Source of the DNA: Eubacteriales bacterium
GTDB taxonomy: Bacteria; Bacillota; Clostridia; Oscillospirales; JAAYXM01
Reading direction: 5' to 3'
Length of the DNA: 64,000 nucleotides
Assembly (NCBI GenBank): GCA_045580305.1
Contig: JAZNNQ010000027.1
Span: 5,772 to 69,771 of the forward strand
The number at the start of each line of letters is the position of its first letter. The stretch's first letter is position 1. A program made the translations under genes and the position numbers. Under the pieces are notes generated by a model. That model was not told the origin of the DNA. It did not search any database and worked only from the letters and a program-made list of their open reading frames with translations. Shown one piece after another: positions 26,286 to 35,748 of this stretch.

Positions 26286-26481
26286 TGATTGCAGACGAGC
26301 ATGAGAGAAAACCAATGCGGGAAAGAGACATTAAAACTGTACGCTATGATAGGTGGCAAAATAGTAGGGTAGAGAATAACCTATGCCCGGCTATTTCTGT
26401 GTACTACGGAATATCTGCGTCACATACTTCAAATTAGTAGAAGCCAAGATAACAGAGCACTAAGAACATCAGTGCGGATTT

Positions 26482-27243
26482 TTAGAGAAACAGGATTTCA
26501 TCATCTGAGTTGATCTCGTTGCCGTTTTCGTTATCATGCCTCAAAGATGCTTTCCTCTTCTCAGCAGCCCGTCGTTGAGCTTTCATTTTTTCCCAACTTT
26601 TACTCTTTGTTGGATCATAAGATTTTGCTTCTTCCAAATCAACGAGCTCCTGCTGTTCTCGTAGATTATTCAACAACTGTGTATACAGAGAAATTCGCTT
26701 TTTGCTTTTACAATACTTTGTCCATAAAAGCAGGTACGGAATGGCAACCAGGATACAGCCTGCAAGGCGCAAACCCTTGTATCGAAGAACGCTATATATC
26801 GGAGTGGTAAGCCAGACATGTAATGGTTCAATGTTTTCAACCAAAATCCAGATAATGCCGCAGGGCAGACAAATAGCGATAGCTGTTCCCAAGAAACTGA
26901 CAACATTTACAATCAGCCAGTCAGTGTCCATATAGAATTCCAGCGCACGCATCTGCTTATCATAAAGAAATGAAAACAGTGAAATAGCGATTCCGATAAA
27001 AACGACCGCAGCCATGGCGCAACCAATCGATGCCACACAATCGATAAGACCAAAGACCGATAGCTTTGATTGGTTCCAAAGGATACAGCAACCAAGGATA
27101 AGGACCGTATAAACAACAATCCAAATAATCGAGTTTCTCTTTTTGCGTTTTGCTTCGTTGAGCTCCAGTTCGACAGAAAAAATGTCTGTTAGGAGGCGAT
27201 CATTTCTCTTTGTTTTTTTCACTGCAATACCTCTTTTGCGCAC
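26482..27243 (-). CDS. orphan multi-TM membrane protein with a highly charged C-terminal tail
   Basis: 253 aa. GTG start 5 nt after AGGTG. About 5 hydrophobic helices. Tail is KMKAQRRAAEKRKASLRHDNENGNEINSDDEILFL. AT-richer than its neighbours. Confidence 0.55.
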   Translation of the reverse strand: MRKRGIAVKKTKRNDRLLTDIFSVELELNEAKRKKRNSIIWIVVYTVLILGCCILWNQSKLSVFGLIDCVASIGCAMAAVVFIGIAISLFSFLYDKQMRALEFYMDTDWLIVNVVSFLGTAIAICLPCGIIWILVENIEPLHVWLTTPIYSVLRYKGLRLAGCILVAIPYLLLWTKYCKSKKRISLYTQLLNNLREQQELVDLEEAKSYDPTKSKSWEKMKAQRRAAEKRKASLRHDNENGNEINSDDEILFL

Positions 27244-27256
27244 AAATGCACCTAAT

Positions 27257-30200
27257 TTAGGAAATCTGGTGGATATCGTAGAGCGCTACGGTCTCTTCGC
27301 TGAAGTTACTTGCGAGAGCGTCTGCAACCGCGTTTGCGGTATCCAGTGCGGTAAGACAGGGGATACGGCGTGCGCTTGCGCGGCGGCGGATCTTAACATC
27401 GTCCATCGCCGGGTCGCGGCCGGTAGCAGAGGTGGAGATTACATAGTGCACAAGACCGCTGTCAAGCAGTGTTTTTGTGTTGTTCTCCGGGTTCTGGTGG
27501 ATTTTATCCACAACAGAAACCTCAAGGCCTGCATCCTGAAGTAATTTCGCGGTACCCGAGGTCGCATAAAGCTTGAAACCAAGATCAGAGTACTTCTTTG
27601 CAATGGGTGCGATCTCAGGCTTATCCTGATCGCGTACGGTGATGAATACACCACCGGAAACATCCATTGTGTAGCCGGCAGCGACAAGACCCTTGAAGAT
27701 CGCCTCGCGTACGGTCTCGCCAACGCCCAAAACCTCACCGGTGGATTTCATTTCCGGGCCGAGCTGAGTATCAACATTTGTAAGTTTTTCAAAGGAGAAT
27801 ACCGGAACCTTAACCGCAACGGTGTTTGCGGAGGGATGTAAGCCGTAATTATAGCCTAAATCGGAAAGCTTTTCGCCAAGGCTTGCGCGAACCGCAAGCT
27901 CGCACATGGGGATACCGGTAACCTTACTGATATACGGAACGGTACGGGAAGCTCTCGGGTTAACCTCGATAACATAAACCTCGCCATCCATAATGATGTA
28001 CTGGATATTAACCAAGCCGCGTGCCTTAAGGCCGATACTTAAGAGGCGGGTAATTTCAATTACACGCTCGGTAAGTGCGGGACTGAGGCTCTGTGCCGGA
28101 TAAATTGCAATACTGTCACCGGAATGTACGCCGGTACGCTCGACATGCTCCATAATACCCGGAATTAATATGTCGACACCGTCGCAGATAGCGTCAACCT
28201 CGATCTCGGTGCCGCTTAAGTACTTGTCGATAAGTACCGGGTTGTCGTTCTTTGTTGCAAGAATGATGGACATATACTCGCGAATATCATTGTCGGAGTA
28301 CGCGATAATCATATTCTGGCCGCCAAGAACATATGACGGGCGCATAAGCACCGGATAGCCGAGAGTTTTTGCCGCGGTAAGAGCGCCGTCGCAGTCAAGA
28401 ACGGTTCTGCCCTTCGGACGCTTGATATCAAGGCTTTCAAGGAGTGCGTCAAAACGCTCTCTGTCCTCTGCCATATCGATACTGTCAGCGGAGGAGCCGA
28501 TAATCTTAACACCGTTCTTATCAAGGAACGAGGTTAATTTAATTGCGGTCTGGCCGCCAAATGCAACGATAACGCCTTCGGGCTTCTCCTGTTTGATTAT
28601 GTTGAGAACATCCTCGGGGGTAAGCGGCTCGAAATAAAGTCTGTCCGCAGTGTCAAAGTCGGTAGAAACGGTTTCCGGGTTATTGTTGATAATAATAACC
28701 TCATAGCCCATACGCTGAAGCGACCATACACAGTGTACGCTTGCGTAGTCAAACTCAATACCCTGACCGATACGGATCGGGCCGGAGCCAAGAACCAGCA
28801 TACGAGGCTTCTTCATCTCGTCGGTAAAGGGAGCGGCCTCGTTGTCACCGTCATCATAGGTAGCGTAGAAATACGGGGTTTCCGCAGAAAATTCTGCCGC
28901 GCAGGTGTCAACCATCTTATAGGTGGGCGCGCGGAAATAGCGGATGGGGTTTTCGGAAAGCTGATAGAGGGAAGCGTCGGTATAGCCTAAGCGCTTACCA
29001 AGAACATATTCCTCTTCGGTGAGCATCTTGCCGGAGATGGAGCGCTCATAATTAATAAGATTTAAAAGTCTTGCAAGGAACCACTCATCGATCATTGTGA
29101 TGTTGTGCACTTCCTCAATGGAAATACCGCGATACAGTGCCTCATATACAACAAATAAACGCTCGTCGGTGCAAGCGGAAAGCTTTGCGCGGATATCCTC
29201 GGTGGATAAATACTCAAGCTTGGGCATACGGAGAGTTGAGAGGGAAATCTCAGCGCCTCTTACCGCCTTCATAATAGCCATTTCAAAGGAGTCGGCGATG
29301 GTCATAACCTCACCGGTAGCCTTCATCTGAGTACCGAGCTCACGCTTAGCGTAAACGAACTTCTCAAAGGGCCACTTGGGGAACTTAACAGCTACATAGT
29401 CGATTGTAGGCTCAAATGCAGCAAAGGTTTTGCCGGTAACCGCATTGGGAATTTCATCAAGTGTGTAGCCGATAGCAACCTTGGTTGCGACCTTTGCAAT
29501 GGGGTAACCGGTAGCCTTACTTGCAAGAGCACTGGAGCGGGAAACACGGGGATTAACCTCGATTACCGCATATTCAAAAGACTCGGGATTTAACGCGAAC
29601 TGGCAGTTACAGCCACCCTCAACACCGAGAGCCTCAACGATATTGAGAGCCGCGCGGCGGAGCATCTGGAACTCCTTGTCGGAAAGGGTAACTGCAGGCG
29701 CGATAACGATACTGTCACCGGTGTGAACGCCAACCGGATCGAGGTTTTCCATAGAACAAATGGTGATTGCGTTGCCTTTTCGGTCACGCATTGCCTCAAA
29801 CTCAATTTCCTTCCAACCGGAAATACACTTTTCAACGAGAATCTGGCGAATGGGGGATGCGTCCAAACCTTCGCGGGAAATTTCATAGAGCTCCTCGCGG
29901 GTGTATGCAATACCGCCGCCGCTACCGCCTAATGTAAATGCGGGACGAATAATCACGGGAAGACCGATCTCATCCGCAAACTCAAGAGCAGAATCGATAT
30001 CCTCAACAACCTTTGAGGGGATACAGGGCTGGCCAATGGACTCCATTGTATCCTTAAAGGACTGTCTGTCCTCAGCCTTGTCAATTGTTTCGGGAGATGC
30101 ACCAAGTAAGCGCACGCCCATCTTTTCAAGATAACCCTCTTTTGCAAGCTGCATACAGAGGTTAAGACCTGTCTGACCGCCGAGACCGGATAAAATACTG

Positions 30201-30451
30201 TCCGGCTTCTCAATCTCAATAATGCGGCGAACGGTAGTAAGAGTGAGCGGCTCGATATAAATCTTATCAGCCATAGCCTGATCGGTCATAATAGTAGCCG
30301 GGTTGGAGTTAACAAGAACGACCTCAAGACCGTCCTCACGAAGAGCGCGGAGCGCCTGAGTGCCCGCGTAGTCGAATTCGGCAGCCTGGCCGATAACAAT
30401 AGGACCGGAGCCGATAACCATTACTTTTTTAACAGATTCGTATTTAGGCAT
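27257..30451 (-). CDS. carB: carbamoyl-phosphate synthase large subunit
   Basis: Two ATP-grasp halves plus an MGS-like C-terminus. Start refined to MPKYESVKKVMVIGSGPI (ATG 30451, GGAGG 9 nt upstream). Confidence 0.97.
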   Translation of the reverse strand: MPKYESVKKVMVIGSGPIVIGQAAEFDYAGTQALRALREDGLEVVLVNSNPATIMTDQAMADKIYIEPLTLTTVRRIIEIEKPDSILSGLGGQTGLNLCMQLAKEGYLEKMGVRLLGASPETIDKAEDRQSFKDTMESIGQPCIPSKVVEDIDSALEFADEIGLPVIIRPAFTLGGSGGGIAYTREELYEISREGLDASPIRQILVEKCISGWKEIEFEAMRDRKGNAITICSMENLDPVGVHTGDSIVIAPAVTLSDKEFQMLRRAALNIVEALGVEGGCNCQFALNPESFEYAVIEVNPRVSRSSALASKATGYPIAKVATKVAIGYTLDEIPNAVTGKTFAAFEPTIDYVAVKFPKWPFEKFVYAKRELGTQMKATGEVMTIADSFEMAIMKAVRGAEISLSTLRMPKLEYLSTEDIRAKLSACTDERLFVVYEALYRGISIEEVHNITMIDEWFLARLLNLINYERSISGKMLTEEEYVLGKRLGYTDASLYQLSENPIRYFRAPTYKMVDTCAAEFSAETPYFYATYDDGDNEAAPFTDEMKKPRMLVLGSGPIRIGQGIEFDYASVHCVWSLQRMGYEVIIINNNPETVSTDFDTADRLYFEPLTPEDVLNIIKQEKPEGVIVAFGGQTAIKLTSFLDKNGVKIIGSSADSIDMAEDRERFDALLESLDIKRPKGRTVLDCDGALTAAKTLGYPVLMRPSYVLGGQNMIIAYSDNDIREYMSIILATKNDNPVLIDKYLSGTEIEVDAICDGVDILIPGIMEHVERTGVHSGDSIAIYPAQSLSPALTERVIEITRLLSIGLKARGLVNIQYIIMDGEVYVIEVNPRASRTVPYISKVTGIPMCELAVRASLGEKLSDLGYNYGLHPSANTVAVKVPVFSFEKLTNVDTQLGPEMKSTGEVLGVGETVREAIFKGLVAAGYTMDVSGGVFITVRDQDKPEIAPIAKKYSDLGFKLYATSGTAKLLQDAGLEVSVVDKIHQNPENNTKTLLDSGLVHYVISTSATGRDPAMDDVKIRRRASARRIPCLTALDTANAVADALASNFSEETVALYDIHQIS

Positions 30452-31526
30452 TTTTTGCACCCTCCATCATGCTGATAAAGCGCTCGTAGAGCGGATTTTT
30501 GTTGTTGGCGCCCTGACAAGCGTCCGGCTCGAACTGAAGTGAAAATGCGGGGGTATCAAGATAATCAATACCTTCGCAAGTGCCGTCGTTTGTGTTGACG
30601 AAGGATACGCGAGCAACGCTTCCGTCGAGAGAAGAGGGATCAACCGCAAAACCGTGGTTCTGGCTACTGATGTAAACACGACCGGTTTCGGTGTTCTTGA
30701 CCGGATGATTGCCACCGCGGTGGCCGTGGGGTAATTTCTTGCACACACCGCCATTAGCAAGTGCTAAAAGCTGGTGTCCGAGACGGAGACCGAAGGTAGG
30801 AATGTTCTTCGGTTTTAATGAGCGGAGTGTCTGTACGACATCGGGGTTATCGGTAGGCTCACCCGGGCCGCCGGCTAAAACGATACCGTCGGGGTTGACC
30901 GCCAGTATTTCGTGAGCGGGGCTTGATGCGGGGAACACATGGACTTCGCAGCCGTAGCCGATAAGAGTGTTTATAAGTGCCTGTCTTACGCCAAGGTCAA
31001 TAAGTGCGATACGGTACTTTGCATCCTTGCAGGGCGCTACATACTTAACACGGGTGGTAACGCTCTTTACCGCATCCCTGACACGGTACTCGGCAATTGC
31101 CTTGTGATCCACCTTGCTCAAGTCGGTGGTTATCATACCGTTCATTGTACCTTGGTCACGAAGAGTCTTAATAAGTGTTCGTGTGTCGATCTCACAAAGA
31201 CCCACTATATTTTTTGCCTTAAAAAAGGTGTCGATATTCTCTTCACAGCGGAAATTGGAAGGAGTATCACACCAATGCTTAACAATATAAGCGGAGGGAA
31301 TAAGCTTCTCACCCGCTAAATCCTCGGGAATAACGCCGTAGTTACCGATCAAAGGGAAGGAATGAACCGGAGTCTGGCCAAAATAGCTCTTATCGGTCAA
31401 CGCTTCAACATAACCGGTCATAGCGGTATTAAAAACGATTTCGGAAATAACGGTGCCCTCAGCACCGAAGGATTTACCCTCGAACACATCACCGTTTTGC
31501 AAAATTAAATATGCCTTTTTGCTCAT
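30444..31526 (-). CDS. carA: carbamoyl-phosphate synthase small (glutaminase) subunit
   Basis: Start refined to MSKKAYLILQNG (ATG 31526 behind AAGGAGG). GATase motifs with H..GGNHPV. Overlaps carB by 8 nt. Confidence 0.95.
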   Translation of the reverse strand: MSKKAYLILQNGDVFEGKSFGAEGTVISEIVFNTAMTGYVEALTDKSYFGQTPVHSFPLIGNYGVIPEDLAGEKLIPSAYIVKHWCDTPSNFRCEENIDTFFKAKNIVGLCEIDTRTLIKTLRDQGTMNGMITTDLSKVDHKAIAEYRVRDAVKSVTTRVKYVAPCKDAKYRIALIDLGVRQALINTLIGYGCEVHVFPASSPAHEILAVNPDGIVLAGGPGEPTDNPDVVQTLRSLKPKNIPTFGLRLGHQLLALANGGVCKKLPHGHRGGNHPVKNTETGRVYISSQNHGFAVDPSSLDGSVARVSFVNTNDGTCEGIDYLDTPAFSLQFEPDACQGANNKNPLYERFISMMEGAKNA

Positions 31527-31656
31527 AACATATCCTCCTTGCGGAAAAGTTCGGAACCAGACGCTCATACCGCGCCGATTTTACACATATTTTCTTTAAT
31601 TATTATAGTGGTGTATGCCCGAAATGTCAATATTTTTGGGGAAATTTCGACAAAAT

Positions 31657-31690
31657 TGAATAATAATAAAACATTATGCAAAACTATTCA
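31657..31690 (-). promoter_or_regulatory. ARG-box-like pair upstream of carA
   Basis: TGAATAATAATAAA (31657-31670) and TGCAAAACTATTCA (31677-31690). Same TGCAwAAwwATTCA flavour as upstream of argG. Confidence 0.45.
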
Positions 31691-31790
31691 AATAGAAACA
31701 TTGAAAAATAAAGAAAAAGCGTAAAAAAAGAAAAATAGTATTCAAAAAATATGCACAGATAAAACTGCACAGAAAAGAAAAGAGGGGGAA

Positions 31791-33983
31791 TTAATTATGC
31801 ATAAAACACGGTATATCGTTGCATAATATGCATTTTATTCCTTTGGAAACATCGCCGTTTAAGCTTTTTTCGGCGATTTTGGTCAAAATTTCCTCCTCAA
31901 GCATACGACGCAGAGGGCGTGCGCCCTGATTTTTTTCTGCTGCGCGGCGGGCAAGGGACAAGATGACCGCATCTTCCACTTGTATATTTATACCGTTTTC
32001 TTCCGCGCGAAGAATTATTTTATCAACCATGGCGCGGGCGACCTTTTCAAGAGAGGAAATATCGAGGGGTGAAAACTGTATGACCTGATCTATTCTGTTT
32101 AAAAGCTCGGGTGAGAGCGTTTTTTTGATCTGTGTCATAGCCTTTGCCTTGGCGGTGTCAGCATCCTTGAGAAACCCGATTTGGGAGGAGGCGTCCAGCG
32201 CGGCGGCACCGATATTTGTGGTCATAATTATATAGGCGTTTTTAAAACTGCAAAAAATGCCTTTAGAGTCGCGAAGCTGACCGTCCTCTAAAATCTGCAG
32301 AAGAAGGTTCAGCACATCCGGATGTGCCTTTTCTATTTCATCGAGCAGAATTACCGAATAAGGTGTGCGGCGCACTCTGTCGGTAAGATACCCGCCCTCG
32401 CCATAGCCTACATAGCCCGGAGGCGAGCCGATAAGCTTGCTGACCGTGTGCTTTTCCATATACTCTGACATATCAAGGCGGATAAAGGCATCTCTATTGC
32501 CGAAAAGTTCATAGGATAGCGCCTTTGCAAGCTCGGTCTTACCCACACCGCTTTGCCCTGCAAAAAGAAATGAACCGTTGGGGCGGTTGGGGTCGCAAAG
32601 TCCGGCTTGCGCCCGTAAAACCGCATTGCAAAGGCAGGAAATTGCCGCATCCTGCCCGAAAACTTTTTTCGCAAGGCGGGCGGACAGAGGCGTTTCCTCC
32701 TTCTCGGTGACGGTGGGGATGCCGGTGCGGTCAAAAATAACCTGCCGTAAGTGCATCTCGGTCAGAGGAACGCCGCTGAATGCGGCACGGCTGGAGGCCT
32801 CATCAAGCAGATCTATCGCTTTGTCGGGCAGGTATCTGTCACACAGATAACGGTTGGACAGTGAAACCGCTAAAGCGATAATATCATCGGAAATTTTTAA
32901 GCGGTGGTGCGCCTCATAAAATGGAGCGATGCCCCGAAGAATTTCAAGAGTCTTTGCAGGAGACGGCTCGTCCACCTTTACCGGCTGAAAGCGGCGCTCC
33001 AGTGCCTGGTCTTTTTCGATATAGCGGCGATATTCCGCATTTGTGGTAGCACCGATAAGTTTGATTTCACCTCTTGCAAGGGAGGGTTTTAAAATATTTG
33101 CAGCATCAATAGCACCCTCCGCCGCACCCGCACCGACTATTATGTGGATCTCATCGATGAATAAAATGATATTCCCCGCAACTTTTACCTCCCGGAGCAG
33201 GTTTTTAACCCGATCTTCGAATTCGCCCCTGTATTTTGTGCCTGCAATAATTGAGGGGATGTCAAGAGATATAATGCGATATTTTTTAAGGCTGTCGGGT
33301 ACCACGCCCAATGCTATCTGTCGGGCAAGACCTTCTACCACTGCGGTTTTACCCACGCCCGGCTCACCGATAAGCAGAGGATTATTCTTACCACGGCGAG
33401 TTAAAATATACATCATACGGGAAATTTCCGCCTCTCTGCCGATCACAGGGTCGGTACCGCCAAGCCGTGCCTGAGCGGTAAGGTCCCGTCCGAATTGGCG
33501 AATGAGTTTTTCGGAACTTGACCGCTCCTTCTGTGCGCGCTCCGTGTGACCGTTTTGGGCGATTATATCACTGTGAAGACGGGCAGGGTCTACACCAAAA
33601 GCGGCAAGTATTTTTGACGCGGTACTGTCGCCTGTGCTCAATACGCCTAAAAGAAGGTGCTCGGTGCTGATATATGAAGAGCCGGCCTTTTCCGCCTCGG
33701 AAAAGGCGGCGGTAATAATGTTCTGTGCGCGAGGTGTGAGCCCTTGGAGCGTGCCGCCCGATGCATCGCCCACGCCAACGGTGGCTTTGATTTTCAGATA
33801 CAGCCTTTCGCGACAAACTCCTCTTTTTATGAGGGAAGACGCCGCCTCACCGTCACCAAGAGATAGAATACCGTAGAGAAGATGTTCGCTTCCCACATAG
33901 GAATGGCCAAGGGACAGCGCGCATTTGTGTGCCAGGCGCAATGCCTCTTCACTTTTGGCGCTGAATTTGCTTTCACTGAACAT
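31791..33983 (-). CDS. Clp/Hsp100 ATPase with ClpA-like architecture (Clp_N x2, two AAA+ modules, no M-domain)
   Basis: 730 aa. Walker A GEPGVGKTA and Walker B FIDEIH in module 1. GQSGVGKTE and LLDEIEKA in module 2. Putative ClpP-docking QIGF loop. Confidence 0.85.
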   Translation of the reverse strand: MFSESKFSAKSEEALRLAHKCALSLGHSYVGSEHLLYGILSLGDGEAASSLIKRGVCRERLYLKIKATVGVGDASGGTLQGLTPRAQNIITAAFSEAEKAGSSYISTEHLLLGVLSTGDSTASKILAAFGVDPARLHSDIIAQNGHTERAQKERSSSEKLIRQFGRDLTAQARLGGTDPVIGREAEISRMMYILTRRGKNNPLLIGEPGVGKTAVVEGLARQIALGVVPDSLKKYRIISLDIPSIIAGTKYRGEFEDRVKNLLREVKVAGNIILFIDEIHIIVGAGAAEGAIDAANILKPSLARGEIKLIGATTNAEYRRYIEKDQALERRFQPVKVDEPSPAKTLEILRGIAPFYEAHHRLKISDDIIALAVSLSNRYLCDRYLPDKAIDLLDEASSRAAFSGVPLTEMHLRQVIFDRTGIPTVTEKEETPLSARLAKKVFGQDAAISCLCNAVLRAQAGLCDPNRPNGSFLFAGQSGVGKTELAKALSYELFGNRDAFIRLDMSEYMEKHTVSKLIGSPPGYVGYGEGGYLTDRVRRTPYSVILLDEIEKAHPDVLNLLLQILEDGQLRDSKGIFCSFKNAYIIMTTNIGAAALDASSQIGFLKDADTAKAKAMTQIKKTLSPELLNRIDQVIQFSPLDISSLEKVARAMVDKIILRAEENGINIQVEDAVILSLARRAAEKNQGARPLRRMLEEEILTKIAEKSLNGDVSKGIKCILCNDIPCFMHN

Positions 33984-34089
33984 AGAAAAATCACCTCCTG
34001 CATATTATCGCCAAAAATGCCTGGAATTTATAAAAAAATTTTTGCAAATGTACTTGATTTTTTAAAAAGCCGTGGTACAATTAAAGTAA

Positions 34090-34284
<195 letters not shown>

Positions 34285-34300
34285 TCTACAGATTAAATAA

Positions 34301-34336
34301 AAAAGCGCCGTGCTTTATGCAACGGCGCTTTTTTGT
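34301..34336 (+). terminator. intrinsic terminator after the ferredoxin gene
   Basis: aaaagcgccgt/acggcgctttt stem followed by a T-run. Confidence 0.7.
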
Positions 34337-34347
34337 CAGGAGTTGTT

Positions 34348-35067
34348 ATGATGCTAGACGAGTTAGGCATCGGCGGCTTTAAGCTAAAGCAAAGTGAGGA
34401 CTTCTTAAAGCTTGGTACCGATGCGATGCTTCTTTCACATTTTGCCAATATAAAAAAGCGCGACAATGTCTGTGACCTCGGTTGCGGCAACGGCGCGATT
34501 TCCGTACTGCTCTGTGCCAGGCATCCGGAGATAACCGTCACCGGCATTGAAATTCTCGACGGCGCGGCGCGGCTTGCACGGGAAAATGTAGAACTTAACG
34601 GGATAGATGATCGCATGACCGTAATACACGGCGATGTGGTAAAAATAAAAGAGCTTCTTCCGGCGGAGAGCTTTACCCATGTGGTGTCAAATCCGCCTTA
34701 TATGAAGCTTGACGGCGGCCTGCATACGGAAAATGAAAATTTGCTTTCCGCCCGGATGGAGATGAATTCCACTATTGACGATATGTGCCGTGCGGCGGAG
34801 TATCTGCTTAAATACCAAGGCAGTTTTTCCATCGTCTACCGTCCCGAACGGCTCGGCACGCTTTTTTCCTGCCTTAAAGAGCATAACTTTGCACCAAAGC
34901 GGCTGAGATTTGTGCAAAACGATGTTAATACCGAGCCGTCCTTGGTTCTGGTAGAGGCGCGCAAACACGGAAAAGACGGCCTGAAGGTACTTCCTACCCT
35001 ATTTATCCGCGACGAGAAGGGAAATGAAACCGAAGAAGTTTCAAAAATTTATCAAAGAAATACTTGA
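34348..35067 (+). CDS. SAM-dependent methyltransferase, tRNA1(Val) m6A37 (YfiC/TrmN6)-like
   Basis: DLGCGNGA SAM motif and the NPPY motif (SNPPYMK) of N6-adenine methyltransferases. ATG at 34348 or 34351 after CAGGAG. Confidence 0.7.
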   Translation: MMLDELGIGGFKLKQSEDFLKLGTDAMLLSHFANIKKRDNVCDLGCGNGAISVLLCARHPEITVTGIEILDGAARLARENVELNGIDDRMTVIHGDVVKIKELLPAESFTHVVSNPPYMKLDGGLHTENENLLSARMEMNSTIDDMCRAAEYLLKYQGSFSIVYRPERLGTLFSCLKEHNFAPKRLRFVQNDVNTEPSLVLVEARKHGKDGLKVLPTLFIRDEKGNETEEVSKIYQRNT

Positions 35068-35092
35068 ACTTATGTTCGTGAGGTGATATAAT
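35064..35092 (+). promoter_or_regulatory. lexA promoter with overlapping SOS (Cheo) box
   Basis: GAACTTATGTTC (35066-35077) is GAAC-N4-GTTC. -35 TTGAAC (35064-35069), 17-nt spacer, -10 TATAAT (35087-35092). Confidence 0.75.
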
Positions 35093-35112
35093 CAAGTCAA
35101 GGAGATGGTTAT

Positions 35113-35715
35113 ATGAAAAAGCTTAGCGAACGACAGGAGCAGATTTTAAAATTCATCCGCGACTATACAAGGGATAACGGCTTTCCCCCTGCGGTGCGAG
35201 ACATTTGCAAGGGTGTGGGATTAAGCTCTCCCGCGTCGGTGCATGCACAGCTTAAAAATCTCCGTGAGATGGGGTATTTAAAGCGCCATTCGGGTAAGAC
35301 CCGAGGGCTTTCCATAACCACACATGGCAACAATTTCTGCCAGCTGCCCATGGTGCCGATCCTTGGCAGAGTTGCCGCAGGTGCACCGGTGCTTGCCACC
35401 GAGGATATCGAGGGGTATGTGCCCTTTGATGACGGCGGCTCCGGCTTTGAGCATTTCGCTCTGAGGGTGCGCGGCTACTCTATGAAAAATGCGGGAATTA
35501 TGCCCGAGGATGTTATCGTTGTCCGCCGTCAGATGGTGGTCAATAACGGCGACATTGTAGTTGCGCTTATCGAAGATGAGGCAACGGTTAAAACCTATTC
35601 AGTTAAAAATGGCCAGGTGTGGCTCCTTCCTGAAAATGAGGAATATTCGCCCATCGACGGAAGTAATGCTATGATTTTAGGCAAGGTCGTAGCCACAATG
35701 AGATATTATCAATAA
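35113..35715 (+). CDS. lexA: LexA repressor
   Basis: 200 aa. Winged-helix N-terminus (LS.RQ..IL.FI), cleavage site AAG, and S24 peptidase Ser/Lys (GYSM...VKT). Confidence 0.95.
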   Translation: MKKLSERQEQILKFIRDYTRDNGFPPAVRDICKGVGLSSPASVHAQLKNLREMGYLKRHSGKTRGLSITTHGNNFCQLPMVPILGRVAAGAPVLATEDIEGYVPFDDGGSGFEHFALRVRGYSMKNAGIMPEDVIVVRRQMVVNNGDIVVALIEDEATVKTYSVKNGQVWLLPENEEYSPIDGSNAMILGKVVATMRYYQ

Positions 35716-35722
35716 AATAAAT

Positions 35723-35748
35723 ACGCTGACCGATTAATCGGTCAGCGT
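35723..35748. terminator. bidirectional hairpin between lexA and the SGNH-like gene
   Basis: Palindrome acgctgaccgatt/aatcggtcagcgt. T-rich on the + side. Confidence 0.7.
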
